64,000 nucleotides of DNA from Octopus sinensis (GCF_006345805.1 NC_042999.1:160208001-160272000); one strand, 5' to 3'. Positions 12,651 through 25,482 are shown, counted from the stretch's first letter. Made by a program: numbers and translations. The notes: generated by a model from the letters alone, not told the origin.

Positions 12651-13060
12651 AAGGCGGCGATGTGGCAGAATCGTTAGCGCGCCGTGCAAAATGCTTAGCG
12701 GTATTTCGTCTGCCGCTACGTTCTGAGTTCAAATTCCGCCGAGGTCGACTTTGCCTTCCATCCTTTTGGGGTCGTTTAAATAAGTGCCAGTTACGCACTG
12801 GGGTCGATATAATCGACTTCATCCGTTTGTCTGTCTGTCCTTGTTTGTCCTCTCTGTGTTTAACCCCTTGTGGGTAGTAAAGAAATAGGTATTTCGTCTG
12901 CCGCTACGTTCTGAGTTCAAATTCCGCCGAGCACGACTTTACCTTTCGTCCTTTCGAGGTCGATGAAATGAGTGTCAGTTGCGCACTGTGGTCGATGTAA
13001 TGGACTAAACCCCCTTACCCCAAAATTTTCAAGGCCTTGTGTCTAGAGAAGAAATAATTA
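12651..13060 (+). mobile_element. SINE family B, dimeric form
   Basis: Long monomer ending gtaaagaaata, followed directly by ggtatttcgtctgccgctacg and a short-form tail. Confidence 0.9.
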
Positions 13061-13217
13061 TTATAACACGCGTGAATGAATTAGCAACAAGCAGAGTTAT
13101 AAAAATCGGTACTAATATAGACCATCGAATTCATGAACACACAAGTAAATACTTTTGACTTGTCTAATAGTTTTGACGAGGAGACTGATTACACCATCAA
13201 CTTTATAACGTTAATAT

Positions 13218-13419
13218 ACTCTGTTACTTGTTTCAGTCATTTGACTGCGGCCATGCTGGAGCACCGCCTTTAGTCGAGCAAATCGACCCCAAGACTTAGT
13301 CTTTGTAAGCCCAGTACTTATTCTATCGGTCTCTTTTGCCGAACCGCTAAGTGACGGGGACGTAAACACACCAGCATCGGTTGTCAAGCAATGCCAGGGG
13401 GACAAACACAGACACACAA

Positions 13420-13450
<31 letters not shown>

Positions 13451-13622
13451 CATATATACGACAGGCTTCTTTCAGTTTCCGTCTACCAAATCCACTCACA
13501 AGGCATTGGTCGGCCCGGGGCTATAGCAGAAGACACTTGCCCAAGATGCCACGCAGTGGGACTGAACCCGGAACCATGTGGTTGGTTAGCAAGCTACTTA
13601 CCACACAGCCACTCCTGCGCCT
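13218..13622 (-). mobile_element. SINE family C, full length
   Basis: Complete head-to-tail match to the 2079-2522 copy. Confidence 0.92.
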
Positions 13623-13856
13623 ATGTTAAACTTTTAAAAATTCTTTGTCAAATTTAGCGACCTTTTTATAACATGATATTGCAAGGAGTTTCTTTTAAAA
13701 ATTTCATTGAATGTCACCTGAAACTCTGCAGACTGTTACGGTTGACATGCATATCATAGGTCCGCCATAATATTTTCGTAGAAATTCTGCTCATTGAGAA
13801 CTGATAAATTTAGAGAATTTGCCTCTAAATAGTTTCGATTACGACTGATAGGACCC

Positions 13857-14335
13857 TTAACCTTTGATCTACCAGAGAAACTGCATGTCACTAATTACCA
13901 ACTGGGTCCAATGGACACAATATTTTTCCTTTAATTAAATTTTATTCAAACTACCACTATTTCTTAGCAACATTATATATGCCATCAGGCGAATGAAGAA
14001 TTACTGTTTCTCACAAATTTTAATAAAAAAAAAATACGGCTTACAGAATATATTATAAATTTAAAAAATTGCAAAAATACAGAATTACAGCTTTTCATGG
14101 CAGTGAACGCAGACATCATTGGAATGTTCTTGGCAAACGTTGGATATTGCAATTCTTATATGTAGTACGTTTTCCTGTCTTTTTGGGGGCTACACAAAGA
14201 ACATCTTTTTTTCTTTGGTTGAGGAATCTCAAATGACGTTGAAGATCTTCTCTTGTTTGGTTGAGAAATGTTAGTGGAACTAGAAGGCTGTTTGTCATGT
14301 TCTTGTTTAACATTAACTCCAGCAAGTTCCTTTCC
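13857..14335 (-). mobile_element. piggyBac 3' remnant: Cys-rich C-terminal domain plus putative TTAA end
   Basis: Minus strand KRCSLCSPQKDRKT...NVCQEHS (frameshifted); ttaa-cctttgatctacc at 13857 and subterminal gggtccaatggacac. Confidence 0.65.
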
Positions 14336-14365
14336 TGACTAAATTAGGCATTGTCTTCTTTTATC

Positions 14366-14742
14366 TTTGTGAGTGGATTTGGTAGCCGGAAACTGAAAGA
14401 AGACTGTCGTATACACACATACACATATATATATATATGTATGTGTGTACCGTTGGCGATTTTTTTCCTCTGTCTTCCCTTCTCTGGATCTTTCCTTCTC
14501 CTATGTTTCCGACGAAGAGCTCCTCTCGAAACATAAAACATTCCTTCTTCCCTTCCTTCCTGAGCGTCCAATAATACTATATTTGTTCCACGTCCTCGCG
14601 TTGTTGTGTTTTCTCTTTGTGTTTTCATGTTTGGATTAACTAACTATACATATACATATATACATACATACACACAGACACACACACACACACAGACACA
14701 CACACACACACACAGACACACACACACACACACACACACACA

Positions 14743-14783
<41 letters not shown>

Positions 14784-15015
14784 CATATTCATATATATAT
14801 GAGTGTGTATGTTTGTGTGTCTGTGTTTGTCCCCGCCCCCCAACATCGCTTCACAACCGATGCTGGTGTGTCTACGACCCTGTAACTTACCGGATCGACA
14901 AAAGACACCGATAGAATAAGTACTAGGCTTACAAAGAATAAGTCCTGGGATCGATTTGTTCGACTAAAGGCGGTGTTCAAGCATGGCCGCAGTCAAATGA
15001 CTGAAACAAGTAAAA
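14366..15015 (+). mobile_element. 5'-truncated SINE family C with a nested HHR-bearing fragment
   Basis: gtgagtggatttggtag...cagtcaaatgactgaaacaagtaaaa; an unrelated pyrimidine-rich insert occupies ~14450-14640. Confidence 0.85.
14503..14541 (+). ncRNA. Degenerate minimal type I hammerhead ribozyme
   Basis: atgttt-CCGACGA-a-gag-ctcct-ctc-GAAA-ca-TA-aaacat. Stem I 6 bp perfect and stem II 3 bp, but U4 is C and stem III has collapsed. Confidence 0.5.
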
Positions 15016-15190
15016 AGAAAAAAAAAAGAACAGACAATGATCTTGTCTTTTTCGATATCCAAAATTACATTATTCATTGTATCTTTTTTTTTTCTTTTTT
15101 AGATTACAGGATGCAAAATGTGTAAATTTCTGAAGAAGAAGAAAGTTTTTTGAAGAAACAAGCCCTAAAAATTTTGAAGTTTCTTTCTTG

Positions 15191-15596
15191 GGATCTTTTT
15201 GGTTTGAACGGCAGTTTTTTTCTAGCGGTGTCATATGAAATTGTCACCCATAATTATGACCCTAGTATCGATCTATTGCATTTCAATCTATTTTAGGGTT
15301 AGGGTTAGGGGTGGGGGAAGGGTATCTTTTTTTCTTCACAAATGTAAATAAACCCAATCTGTTTCTTAAACGAGGGACATATTCATACGGCACAGAATGT
15401 TTTTTACCTCAATGGACGTCATTGATTGGTTGAAATTGCAGAATTTGAAGAAAAAAACAACAAATATCTTACAAACTATAGAATTTTCTCAATAAAGCCA
15501 AGAGAAAAAGATGTTTTATAAACACATTCTACCAGTATACGAAGTTAAAAATTTTTTAGTTACCTAGAAATTATGTTAAAAACTGCCGTTCAAACC
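15191..15596 (+). mobile_element. GGATC-TIR telomeric-repeat MITE, right TIR truncated
   Basis: Left TIR present; ends at aactgccgttcaaacc. Confidence 0.92.
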
Positions 15597-16260
15597 TAGA
15601 CTTTCTAGTTTTGTGCGGTTCAGAGGGTTAAAGGAAACAATGTCATTTATAAAATATCGAGATGAAGCAGTTTTAACAGATTTGAAATTAGATGCGTTTG
15701 AGCGATTGCATTTGAGAGATCGAACTGCTCAGCTGACCGACTTCCAATCCTAATTAAAAGTAAAACTTTATTACAATTAGTGCGGATTTAGAAGAAACTA
15801 AACATGAACATATACAAATAACTGTGAATAGGTATTCACACTGTGAAGTTTCTGAGAGTTTGACATTACTTTCTTAAAGTTTGGTGCTCTTAAAATTCTT
15901 GCAAAAGCGCTTCTAACCATTTTCTCACCAACCTCTTCATATGACACATTATTCTCAACACTAAAAATGTGTAAGAGAAACAAATGCTGCCTATGTATGT
16001 ACAAACTATATCTCTCGCATAAAGCAATGAATTGTTTTAACTAGATATATCATTAAGTTTAAAGAAAGTTGTAAAATTTTGCTTTGTTATCCTAGTTTCG
16101 TAAGTCGCTTATAAAATTTTAAGCTGCATGTTATTAAACTCTTAATTTTGTAAATAAATGCGAAAAACTGGTAGCATATCTGCAGGCATTTGCCAAAAAG
16201 TAAAATATAAATGTTCATGCAAGTGACATTCTAATAATGTGATTATTAAAATACATGAAA

Positions 16261-16663
16261 TATCCTTTTCTACTCTTGGTACAAAGCCCTAAATTTTTGG
16301 GGAGGGAGCCAGTCGAATAGATCGACCCCAGTATGCAACGGGTACTTAATTTATTGACCCCGAAAGGATGAAAGGCAAAGTCGACCTCGGCGAAATTTGA
16401 ACTCAGAACGTAAAGGCAGACGAAATGCCTATTTCATTACTACCCACAAGGGGCTAAACACAGAGAGGACAAACAAGGACAGACAAACGGATTAAGTCAA
16501 TTACATCGAGCTCAGTGTGTAACTTGTACTTATTTAATCGATCCCGAAAGGATGAAAGGCAAAGTCGACCTCGGCAGAATTTGAACTCAGAACGTAGCGG
16601 CAGACGAAATACCGCGAAGCATTTCGCCCGGCGTGCTTAACGTTTCTGCCAGCTCGCCGCCTT
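16261..16663 (-). mobile_element. SINE family B, dimeric form
   Basis: Same long-plus-short architecture as 12651-13060, on the reverse strand. Confidence 0.9.
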
Positions 16664-17306
16664 TAAAATATATAAAATATCAAATATGTCGAAAAGTGCG
16701 TCATCACTGTTCTAGGGCATATATGGTTGATTCCATTGATTCTAGTACTTACGTTTTGTTGTTGTTGTTGTTTAGCTCCAAGAACATTCTGATTGAACAG
16801 ACAATGATCTTGTCTTTTTCGATATCCAAAATTCATTGTATCTTTGTTTTTTAGAGACGGCAGGGTGCAGAATGAGTAAAGTTTGGCTGTTGTTTCTAGC
16901 AAGTGTAACGGCTGCATAAAAGCTTTCTCGTTAATTCATCCCCTCAATTAGTTTTGTATTGACCTAGAAAGGATGAAAAAATCAATGATAATCAACATGG
17001 GATTTAAATTCGGAACGCAAGGGGGCCACAACCACTTACCACAATACATTTTATCCGACACTCTACCAATTCTACCGTCCAGTCGTCAAATATCAATATA
17101 GTCTTTGTAAATGCGACACAGTAGATTTGAAGGAGACTAATAAATACAGGAAGTTCTTGAAACGGAACTATTTGCTGTAAGGAATTAGAGACGACTAAAA
17201 CATCTGACAAGACCTTTCATCGGGGACACTTTGTTAAAGACAAAATGTCTTATAAGAAACCTTAAACATCTCATATTTGTGACAAATATTATATTTCACT
17301 TAAATT

Positions 17307-17720
17307 GGATCTTTTCGGTTTGAACGGCAGTTTTTCTAACGGTGTCATATGAAATTGTCACCCATAATTACGACCCTAGTATCGATCTATTGCATTTCAA
17401 TCTGTTTTAGGGTTAGGGTTAGGGGTGGGTATCTTTTTTTCTTCACAAATGTAAATAAACCCAATCTGTTTCTTAAACGAGGGACATATTCATACGGCAC
17501 AGATTACTTTTTTTTTTACCTCAATAGACGTCATTGATTAGTTGAAATTGCAGAAATTGAAGAAAAAAAGCAACAAATATCTTACAAACTATAGAATTTT
17601 CTCAATAAAGCCAAGAGAAAAAGATGTTTTATAAACACATTCTACCAGTATACGAAGTTTAAATTTTTTTTAGTTACCTAGAAATTATGTTAAAAACTGC
17701 CGTTCAAACCGAAAAGATCC
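17307..17720 (+). mobile_element. GGATC-TIR telomeric-repeat MITE
   Basis: Both TIRs; exact TSD cttaaatt. Confidence 0.95.
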
Positions 17721-18365
17721 CTTAAATTTCTTGTAATTTCAGAAAAGCGGCAAGCGTTCTCGGAATAAAGGTGAACTTTCTATAATCCATACTCAAAATG
17801 CGGTTGAAACCTCTTCTCAATAGTTACAGTGCTAGCAGAATTGACATTTCATCTCTCTAAAAACAAAAGTTTCAGACAAAATTAAAGTGACTTTTTCAAG
17901 TGTGGAAAGAAATTGTGTTTGTATTTAATACTTGTTTGTCAAATGACTTACATAATGCTTCTGTTACCAAAGCCCTCATACTGGTAAAAATCAGTATGGC
18001 ACCGATATAAAAAGTTCGCAAAGCTATCAAAGAGGTTCCCTTGCCGAGAATTGTGGTTTACTTCCGTAATCAAGGAAGCTTGGTTGGGTTGCTGGTTTGA
18101 AAGTCTGAGTTTCGTTAGTAGGTATTTCTCTACTTTTTTTAATTTTTTAAGTGTGAGTGAATTTAGAGGCATTCAAAACGTAGAATGAGAGTGTGTAGAT
18201 GTATTTAAAAGATGGTTGTAAGTTAGCTCAAATGTTTGGGTAAAGGAGTTAAAAGTTGTATGATTTGAGACACCTAATGTCCTTTAGGAGGTATGATGTG
18301 ACATTGTAGGAATTTACGAGATGCAGTAAGGTAAGGTTAGTAGACTGAAAGAATAAAGCAGTTTG

Positions 18366-18790
18366 GGATCTTTTCGGTTTGAACAGCAGTTTTTTCTAGC
18401 GGTGTCATATGAAATTGTCACCCATAATTATGACCCTAGTATCGATCTATTGCATTTCAATCTATTTTAAAGTTAGGGTTAGTTAGGGTTAGGGGTGGTA
18501 GAAGGGTATCTTTTTTCTTCACATGATGTAAATAAACCCAATCTGTTTCTTAAACGAGGGACATATTCATATGGCATAGAATGTTTTTTTTTTTACCTCA
18601 AATACGTCAGTGATTGGTTGAAATTGCAGAAATTGAAGAAAAAACAAATATCTTACAAACTATAGAATTTTCTCAATAAAGTCAAGAGAAAAAGATGTTT
18701 TATAAACACATTCTACCAGTATACGAAGTTTAACATTTTTCAGTTACCTAGAAATTATGTTAAAAACTGCCGTTCAAACCGAAAAGATCC
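18366..18790 (+). mobile_element. GGATC-TIR telomeric-repeat MITE
   Basis: Both TIRs; exact TSD gcagtttg. Confidence 0.95.
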
Positions 18791-19559
18791 GCAGTTTGTC
18801 ATTTCGGAAAAGGAATACTGTAATTGTAGGACAGTTATTCAAAAGGGCTTAAATAGGAAGGGATCATTAGGATACAAATTAAGTGAAGACACTGTAGATA
18901 ACTACAGATGTGAGAAAAATAGCGTGAGTTACTTAAAACGATATGTGAGATAATGTATTAACTTTTAAAGAGAGAGTGAAGTAATTTTAGTAGAAGAGAG
19001 ATTAAGTTGATACAAGACATTCTGAAAAGGATGCGTGGGTTGCACGAGGTGGGTGGTAAAATCATAATTACCGGCTTATGAACCTTACATCAGGAAACAA
19101 ATACTTGAATGAAACTGAAATCTTATTGGTCAACACGCACATTCATTGAAATTTATTCTAATGCAAGTATTGTTTCGGTCGTAACGTAGCCTATTCTTTT
19201 CTTTCGTGTAGCAACCAATTACAAAGCACAGAAGAGAGTCTAGAATTCTGAATGTTATATTATGTAACAGATAATATAATAAAGGCAACAGAGATCACGC
19301 GTGAGCTCGAAACACTAACAGGTTTTGTTTACTCATTGTATTGTGATACGGATCGTGTTTGAAAAGGAACCATGTTTTTTGCCTCGAGAATTAAAACTCA
19401 CGAATGACTTATATTGAAGGGTTCTTGTTTGTGATTAGCTGACTTAATCTTCAGTGTGTGTAGAACAGTAGTAATTATCTGTAACGTTTGCCACCTTTGT
19501 TAGGGAATGTTTAGTGGTTTGGAGAAGACGTTTTGAAGGGGTGGGGAGAGAGAGAAAGA

Positions 19560-19601
<42 letters not shown>

Positions 19602-19660
19602 GATGAGAAAAAGGAATAGAAGAGAGAAGGAAACGGGAAAGGTAAGATGAGAAAACTGAG

Positions 19661-20079
19661 GGGATCTTTTCTGTTTGAACGGCAGTTTTTAACATAATTT
19701 CTAGGTAACTAAAAAATTTTAAACTTCGTATACTGGTAGAATGTATTTATAAAACATCTTTTTCTCTTGGCTTTATTGAGAAAATTCTATAGTTTGTAAG
19801 ATATTTGTTGCTTTTTTTTCTTCAATTTCTGCAATTTCAACCAATCAATGACGTCTATTGAGGTAAAAAACATTCTGTGCGTATGAATATGTCCCTCGTT
19901 TAAGAAACAGATTGGGTTTATTTACATTTGTGAAAAACAGATACCCTTCCCCCACCCCTAACCCTAACCCTAACCATAAAAGAAATTGAAATGCAATAGA
20001 TCAATACTAGGGTCATAATTATGGGTGACAATTTCATATGACACCGCTAGAAAAACTGCCGTTTAAACCGAAAAGATCC
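19661..20079 (-). mobile_element. GGATC-TIR telomeric-repeat MITE, no direct TSD
   Basis: Both TIRs; flanks gaaaactgag and gcagtttttc. Confidence 0.93.
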
Positions 20080-20084
20080 GCAGT

Positions 20085-20352
20085 TTTTCTTTATGCTCTG
20101 AGTTCAAATGCCGAAGTCGACTTCTTTGATAGCTTTGCGAACTTTTTATATCGGTGCCATACTGATTTTTACCAGTATGAGGGCTTTGGTAACAGAAGCA
20201 TTATGTAAGTCATTTGCCGCCGAAGTCGACTTCTTTCATATTTTTTTAGGTCGATAAAATAAGTATCAGTCAAGCACTAGGGTCGATGCAATTGACTAGC
20301 CCTCATCCCCACCAGATTTCGATCGGGCCTTGTGCCAATAGCAGAAAGGATT
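20085..20352 (+). mobile_element. Diverged SINE family B carrying a 94-bp templated insertion
   Basis: ctctgagttcaaatgccgaagtcgac...gtcgataaaataagtatcag; insert 20123-20216 is the reverse complement of 17940-18033. Confidence 0.8.
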
Positions 20353-20437
20353 ATTAAAAGATAAGAAAGTTGGATGAACGACAGACATAATGCTATAGAA
20401 GTTCAAATCGTTCTATGGTCGACTTAGCATTTTATCT

Positions 20438-20877
20438 GGATCTTTTCGGTTTGAACGACAGTTTTTTCTAGCGGTGTCATATGAAATTGTCACCCATGAT
20501 TATGACCCTAGTATCGATCTATTGCATTTCAATCTATTTTAGGATTAGGGTTAGTTAGGGTTAGGGTTAGGGTTAGGGGTGTGGGGAAGGGTATCTTTTT
20601 TCTTCACAAATGTAAATAAACCCAATCTGTTTCTTAAACGAGGGACATATTCATACGGCACAGAATGTTTTTTTACCTCAATAGACGCCTGTGATTGGTT
20701 GAAATTGCAGAAATTGAAGAAAAAAAACAACAAATATCTTACAAACTATAGAATTTTCTCAATAAAACCATGAGAAAAAGATGTTTTATAAACACATTCT
20801 ACCAGTATACGAAGTTTAAAAGTGTTTAGTTACGTGGAAATTATTTTTAAAAACTGCCGTTCAAACCGAAAAGATCC
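20438..20877 (+). mobile_element. GGATC-TIR telomeric-repeat MITE
   Basis: Both TIRs; one of the longest TTAGGG-like runs (20545-20579); no TSD seen. Confidence 0.93.
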
Positions 20878-21160
20878 CAACAGTTATCTCGTTGACTATG
20901 TTTTCATTTTCTGATTATGAGTTTGTTCCTACTGCAACAATTAAGAGAGCACATACTAACTAGGTGACTATTACACACGAGTGATTTTATTTCTAAATAG
21001 AGAATCAGCAGTTGATACATTTAACCTGGTCGCAATGCCACGCTTCTAATTTTATTATCATATATAGTAAATGATAAGTTAAGAAGAAGCCATGCCAAAC
21101 ATTCATTAGATGTCATGATAACTGTGCCAAAATTTAACGTTATATATAATTTGGTTTAAT

Positions 21161-21550
21161 GAGTGGCTGTGTGGTAAGTAGCTTGCTAACCAATCACATG
21201 GTTCCGGGTTCAGTCCCACTGCGTGGCACCTTGGGCAAGTGTCTTCTACTATAGCCTCGGGCCGACCAAAGCCTTGTGAGTGGATTTGGCAGACGGAAAC
21301 TGAAAGAAGCCCGTCGTATATATGTATATATATATATGCGTGTTTGTGTTTGTATGTCTGTGTTTGTCCCCCTGGCATTGCTTGACAACCGATTTTGTCC
21401 CCGTTACTTAGCGGTTCGGCATAAGAGACCGATAGAATAAGTACTGGGCTTACAAAAGAATAAGTCCCGGGGTCGAGTTGCTCGATTAAAGGCGGTGCTC
21501 CAGCATGGCCGCAGTCAAATGACTGAAACAAGTAAAAGAGTAAAAGAGTA
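21161..21550 (+). mobile_element. SINE family C
   Basis: gagtggctgtgtggtaag head through (AAGAGT)n tail. Confidence 0.92.
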
Positions 21551-21829
21551 ATTAAATAAAGCCCTATTTTTCGCAACCAACTTACACTTAGTTAAAATCT
21601 AGAGGCGTATAATCTAAAACGGTTAAATCTAGAGGCGTATAATCTAAAGCATTTTAACGATAAAACAGATAATTATTAAATACCTACTTTCCACGGTCTA
21701 AATATTCCTTGAATTGTTTTTTTTTGTCTTCAAATAAAACTGTGTTATTGTCGTCGTCGCCACCGCCGCCCCCGTCGTCGTCGTCCTCCTCGTCCTCTTC
21801 CTCCCCCTCCCCTCTCTCACTTCCTCTTC

Positions 21830-24800
21830 GTCCACATTATCCCTTGACCATAGGGTCACAGCAGGTCCTCATCTCATGGAAAGTACACGGCGTAAAATGT
21901 ATGCGGAACCTAGCAACACTATTTTCTGAAGTTCTCCCACGTTAACACTGCAAGGGAGTATGTTGAGCTGCTTATCAAGGCCCTTTTTTATTAGCCCTAT
22001 CGCTCCAATCACCACTGGTGCTGTGCTGCTTTTCATTCCCCACGTCTTGGTCACTTCTATTTCTAGGTCTTTGTACTTAAATAACTTCTCAACTTCTTTA
22101 ATGGACACATTTCTCTCTGATGGTACTGTCACATCTATCATTAAGCATTTCTTATTCCTCCCATCTTTGATGATTATGTCCGGGCTGTTTGCCTTGATTT
22201 CTTTATTGTTATTGATTGGCATGTCCCATAGTACAGTTACATCATCTTTTCCGGTCACAGTTTCAGGTTTATGTTAGTACTATCTTTCTGAAGCCGGAAG
22301 CTGTTAGGGTTAGTGTTACATATTTTCCAATGGATATATTGTGCTACTCTATCGTGTCTAGGAATATATTCGTTTTTTTTTTTGCAAGCGCTGTGCATCC
22401 AGTTAAGATGTTAGTCCTCTTCTTCCCATGCTTCTCGGTAAATATAACCTATTCACGTCCGCTTTGGGGCGGTTCATTCGAGCCATGGTTAGTAGTTTTC
22501 TGGGCTTGGAGTCTAACTTCTTTATTTCGCTCATTTGCCCGTTGATTATGTTGAAACTGTAAGCTACGATTAGTACTGCAAGAGTGTTAATGGCTTCTAT
22601 TTTGTTTTCAGCGTTGAGTTCAGTCTTTGTTACTAACCGTACTCTCTTGTAGTACTCTTTTCTAATCTTCTCTTTCATTGCTGAATGTTTTATGCCGTTA
22701 CTTTAGTATATGCCAAGGTATTTATATGCTTCTTCCTGGCCCAGTGCTCGGATTCTTGCTCCTGTATCTACGTGGATATCCATAGAATATGCCAGTTTGC
22801 CTCTTATTAAAGTGGCTTTCGCGCATTTTTCCAGTCCAAACTGCATCCTGATATCATCACTGAACTTTTCAACCGTAGCAAGTAGACCTTGTTGTTCGTC
22901 ATTTTTTGAGTACATTTTTAGATCATCCATGCAGAACAGATGACTTCCTTTTTTCTTCTCGATCTCATATCCATACCCGGTTTTGTTGAGCATGGTACTT
23001 AATGGTACCAGTACCAAGCAGAATATTAAGGGTGACACCGAGTCCCCTTGGAAGATACCACTTTTGAATTTGATTGGTCTGCTTGTTATTGATCCACTGG
23101 AATGGTTCAGCGTCAACGTAGTTTCCCGTGTATTCATGCTGTGTTTCATAAACTTGATGAGAGTTGGGGATACTTTGTATACTTCCATCACTTTCAGAAT
23201 CCAAGCGTGAGGTACACTATCGAACGCCTTATTACAGTCGATCCGTTTCCCTGGTTTTGCAGTCTTCAAGGATCATTGTGTTTATCAGCAATTGGTCCTT
23301 GCATCCGTAGCTCCCTCTTCGACAACCTTTTTGTTCTGGTGGTCGTAGGTTGTTTTCTTCTAGGAATATGTATGTTCTTTCAGTGATTACAGGTGTTACT
23401 ACTTTATACATTGTTGGTAGACAGGTGATTGGTCAATAGTTCTTTGGGTTTTCTGTGTCATTTGTATTTGGTATTAGGTACGTCACTCCTTGTGTCATCC
23501 AGTCTGGGCTATTTTCTGGGTTTTTCATGACTTCATTGTATGCTGATGACATATCTCCATGTATATCGACTAGCCGCTTGATCCAGAAGCTTGGTACTCG
23601 ATCTATTCCCGGTGACTTCCAATTGCTGGCCTTTTTTTCAGGGCCAGGGTTACCTCCTCCTTTTTAATATCTTCCCATTATTTCTTTTTGTTTTCTTCTT
23701 TATTTTCCAGGAGTTTTCTTGTTCCTTAATTTATTCTACATCTTCATTATGTTGTTTTTCATTTTCCCCATATCGTACTCCAGAAATTTTCCATATCCTC
23801 TTTCTTTGGCGATTGCTCAACATTTATTTGTTGCTTACCGAGTTCCCTGTAAAATTTCTTTCCATCTTCTTTAAATAATTTGTTTTGTCTAAATTGTTTG
23901 CTTCTCTTTATATATCGTGACAGTCGTTGTGCCTTTGCTTGGAATTTTTGCTTTAGGTTTTCTTTTGCTTCAGGTTTTTCATTTTTTGTTTGATCCCATG
24001 CTTTTTGCATATTTTCTTGGCTTTTCTTTGGTTGACCTGGTTTCTGCTACTTATTTCGGTCAGTATTGATAGGTCACCTCTCATGCGTTGTATATCCTTT
24101 TCTAAGCTTTTTTTCCATTTTGGTTGTCTTCTGTTGAGCAGTTTTCTCTCTTAGTTTTATGCCTTTTGCTTCAGCTGTAGCTGTAGCATAGGCCAGTTGG
24201 TTTAGCGATGTTATATTTAGTGGTTCTATTGTTGTTGATTTTATCTCATCTATTACATTATTGCCAATTTTTTATCAACTCCTACAAGTTCTCATCCATA
24301 CTGACTTTTGGTAGGGGCTCTCTGTCTGTGGTGTCTTGAGCTTTTATCTGTTCCCATTTTCTCTGTATTTCTTCTTTTAGTTCCAAATATTTCTCTCTAC
24401 CCATGTCACTGTTTCGTGCAGTTGGTTGTTTTACAGGTTCTTCTATCTCATTACCCAAAGAGGGCTCCTAAAATACTCCTTCTTCTTGGTTTTCTGTAGT
24501 CCTTATTTTTATTTCATTTGTATTTGGTGTTATACGGTGAGATCTGTTGACTTTTTCTTTTATTTCTTCCAGCTCAGTGTCTGTGAGTCTCCTGTTTTTA
24601 ATGATATCTCTTCGGACATTCCCTAACTTGTTGGGATCCATATTTAACCTTGAAGTTGGATTTTGCTGTCTCCGTAATTGATAAGTCCTTTTTGTCGTGT
24701 TATCTTCTGATGGTGTGACTAGTTTATACTCTTCTCGATTCCATTTAGTTCTAGGGTTTTGCATGTAATATGGCTTGCATCGGTGGGGCTCAGGATGAGG

Positions 24801-25338
24801 TTTACCTCGGTTAAGTTGCCCACAGTTGCACGGGAGTGGGTAGGGTTCGAATCAGTAACCAACTTTTCGCTCCCAACCTGACTCCTCACTAGGGGGTGCG
24901 CAACATGTTGACCCGCGAGTCGAGCGATGCGGTATGGGTTGTTTTTATTGGTTAACTACTGGGTATATTCATGGTGATTGGCCACATACTCCTTGAGTAC
25001 TCGAATGGGCCCTATGCGTATCACACTCATTGCTGGTTCCGCCTTCAAAGCCGTTGTTCATCTTACTCTATGGGTCATCCGCCCTCTTCGTCGTCTCAGA
25101 CTTCATGCACTTAAGGGAAGGTATCCCTTTAGCCACCACAGCAGTCTAACTGCCGTTGTCCCTCACTTAGTTTAGCACAACTGTCGAGAGGAGGTCCCGG
25201 GGCATGACCGCCGGTGTGCACAACCGGCAACTTGGAGTCATAAGCTTTTATTGTGAACTAGTGATCATCATCCATGCTCTTCGCATGCGACAACTGGTGA
25301 ACAGAAGTACTATCACTAACAAATACCCCATATGCCTC
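21830..25338 (-). mobile_element. Near-full-length but inactivated RLE-type non-LTR retrotransposon (R4/Dong-like)
   Basis: RT motifs DCNKAFDSVPHAWI, GIFQGDSVSPL and HLFCMDDLKMY; RLE domain SPDIIIKD...CLMIDVTVP...EKLFKYKDL; N-terminal ORF piece at 24468-24764; 5' end abuts a (TAA)n/(CAA)n tract. Multiple frameshifts and stops. Confidence 0.9.
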
Positions 25339-25388
<50 letters not shown>

Positions 25389-25410
25389 GTTGTTGTTGTT
25401 GTTGTTGTTG

Positions 25411-25482
<72 letters not shown>
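25339..25482. repeat. (TTA)n-(TTG)n-(TTA)n microsatellite
   Basis: Direct inspection. Confidence 0.95.

Noticed and set aside
21595-21648. 24-bp direct repeat x2 (also a 21-bp repeat x2 at 2523-2566) as CRISPR-like
   Set aside because: Only two units with 2-6-bp gaps in a eukaryotic context; simple slippage duplications.
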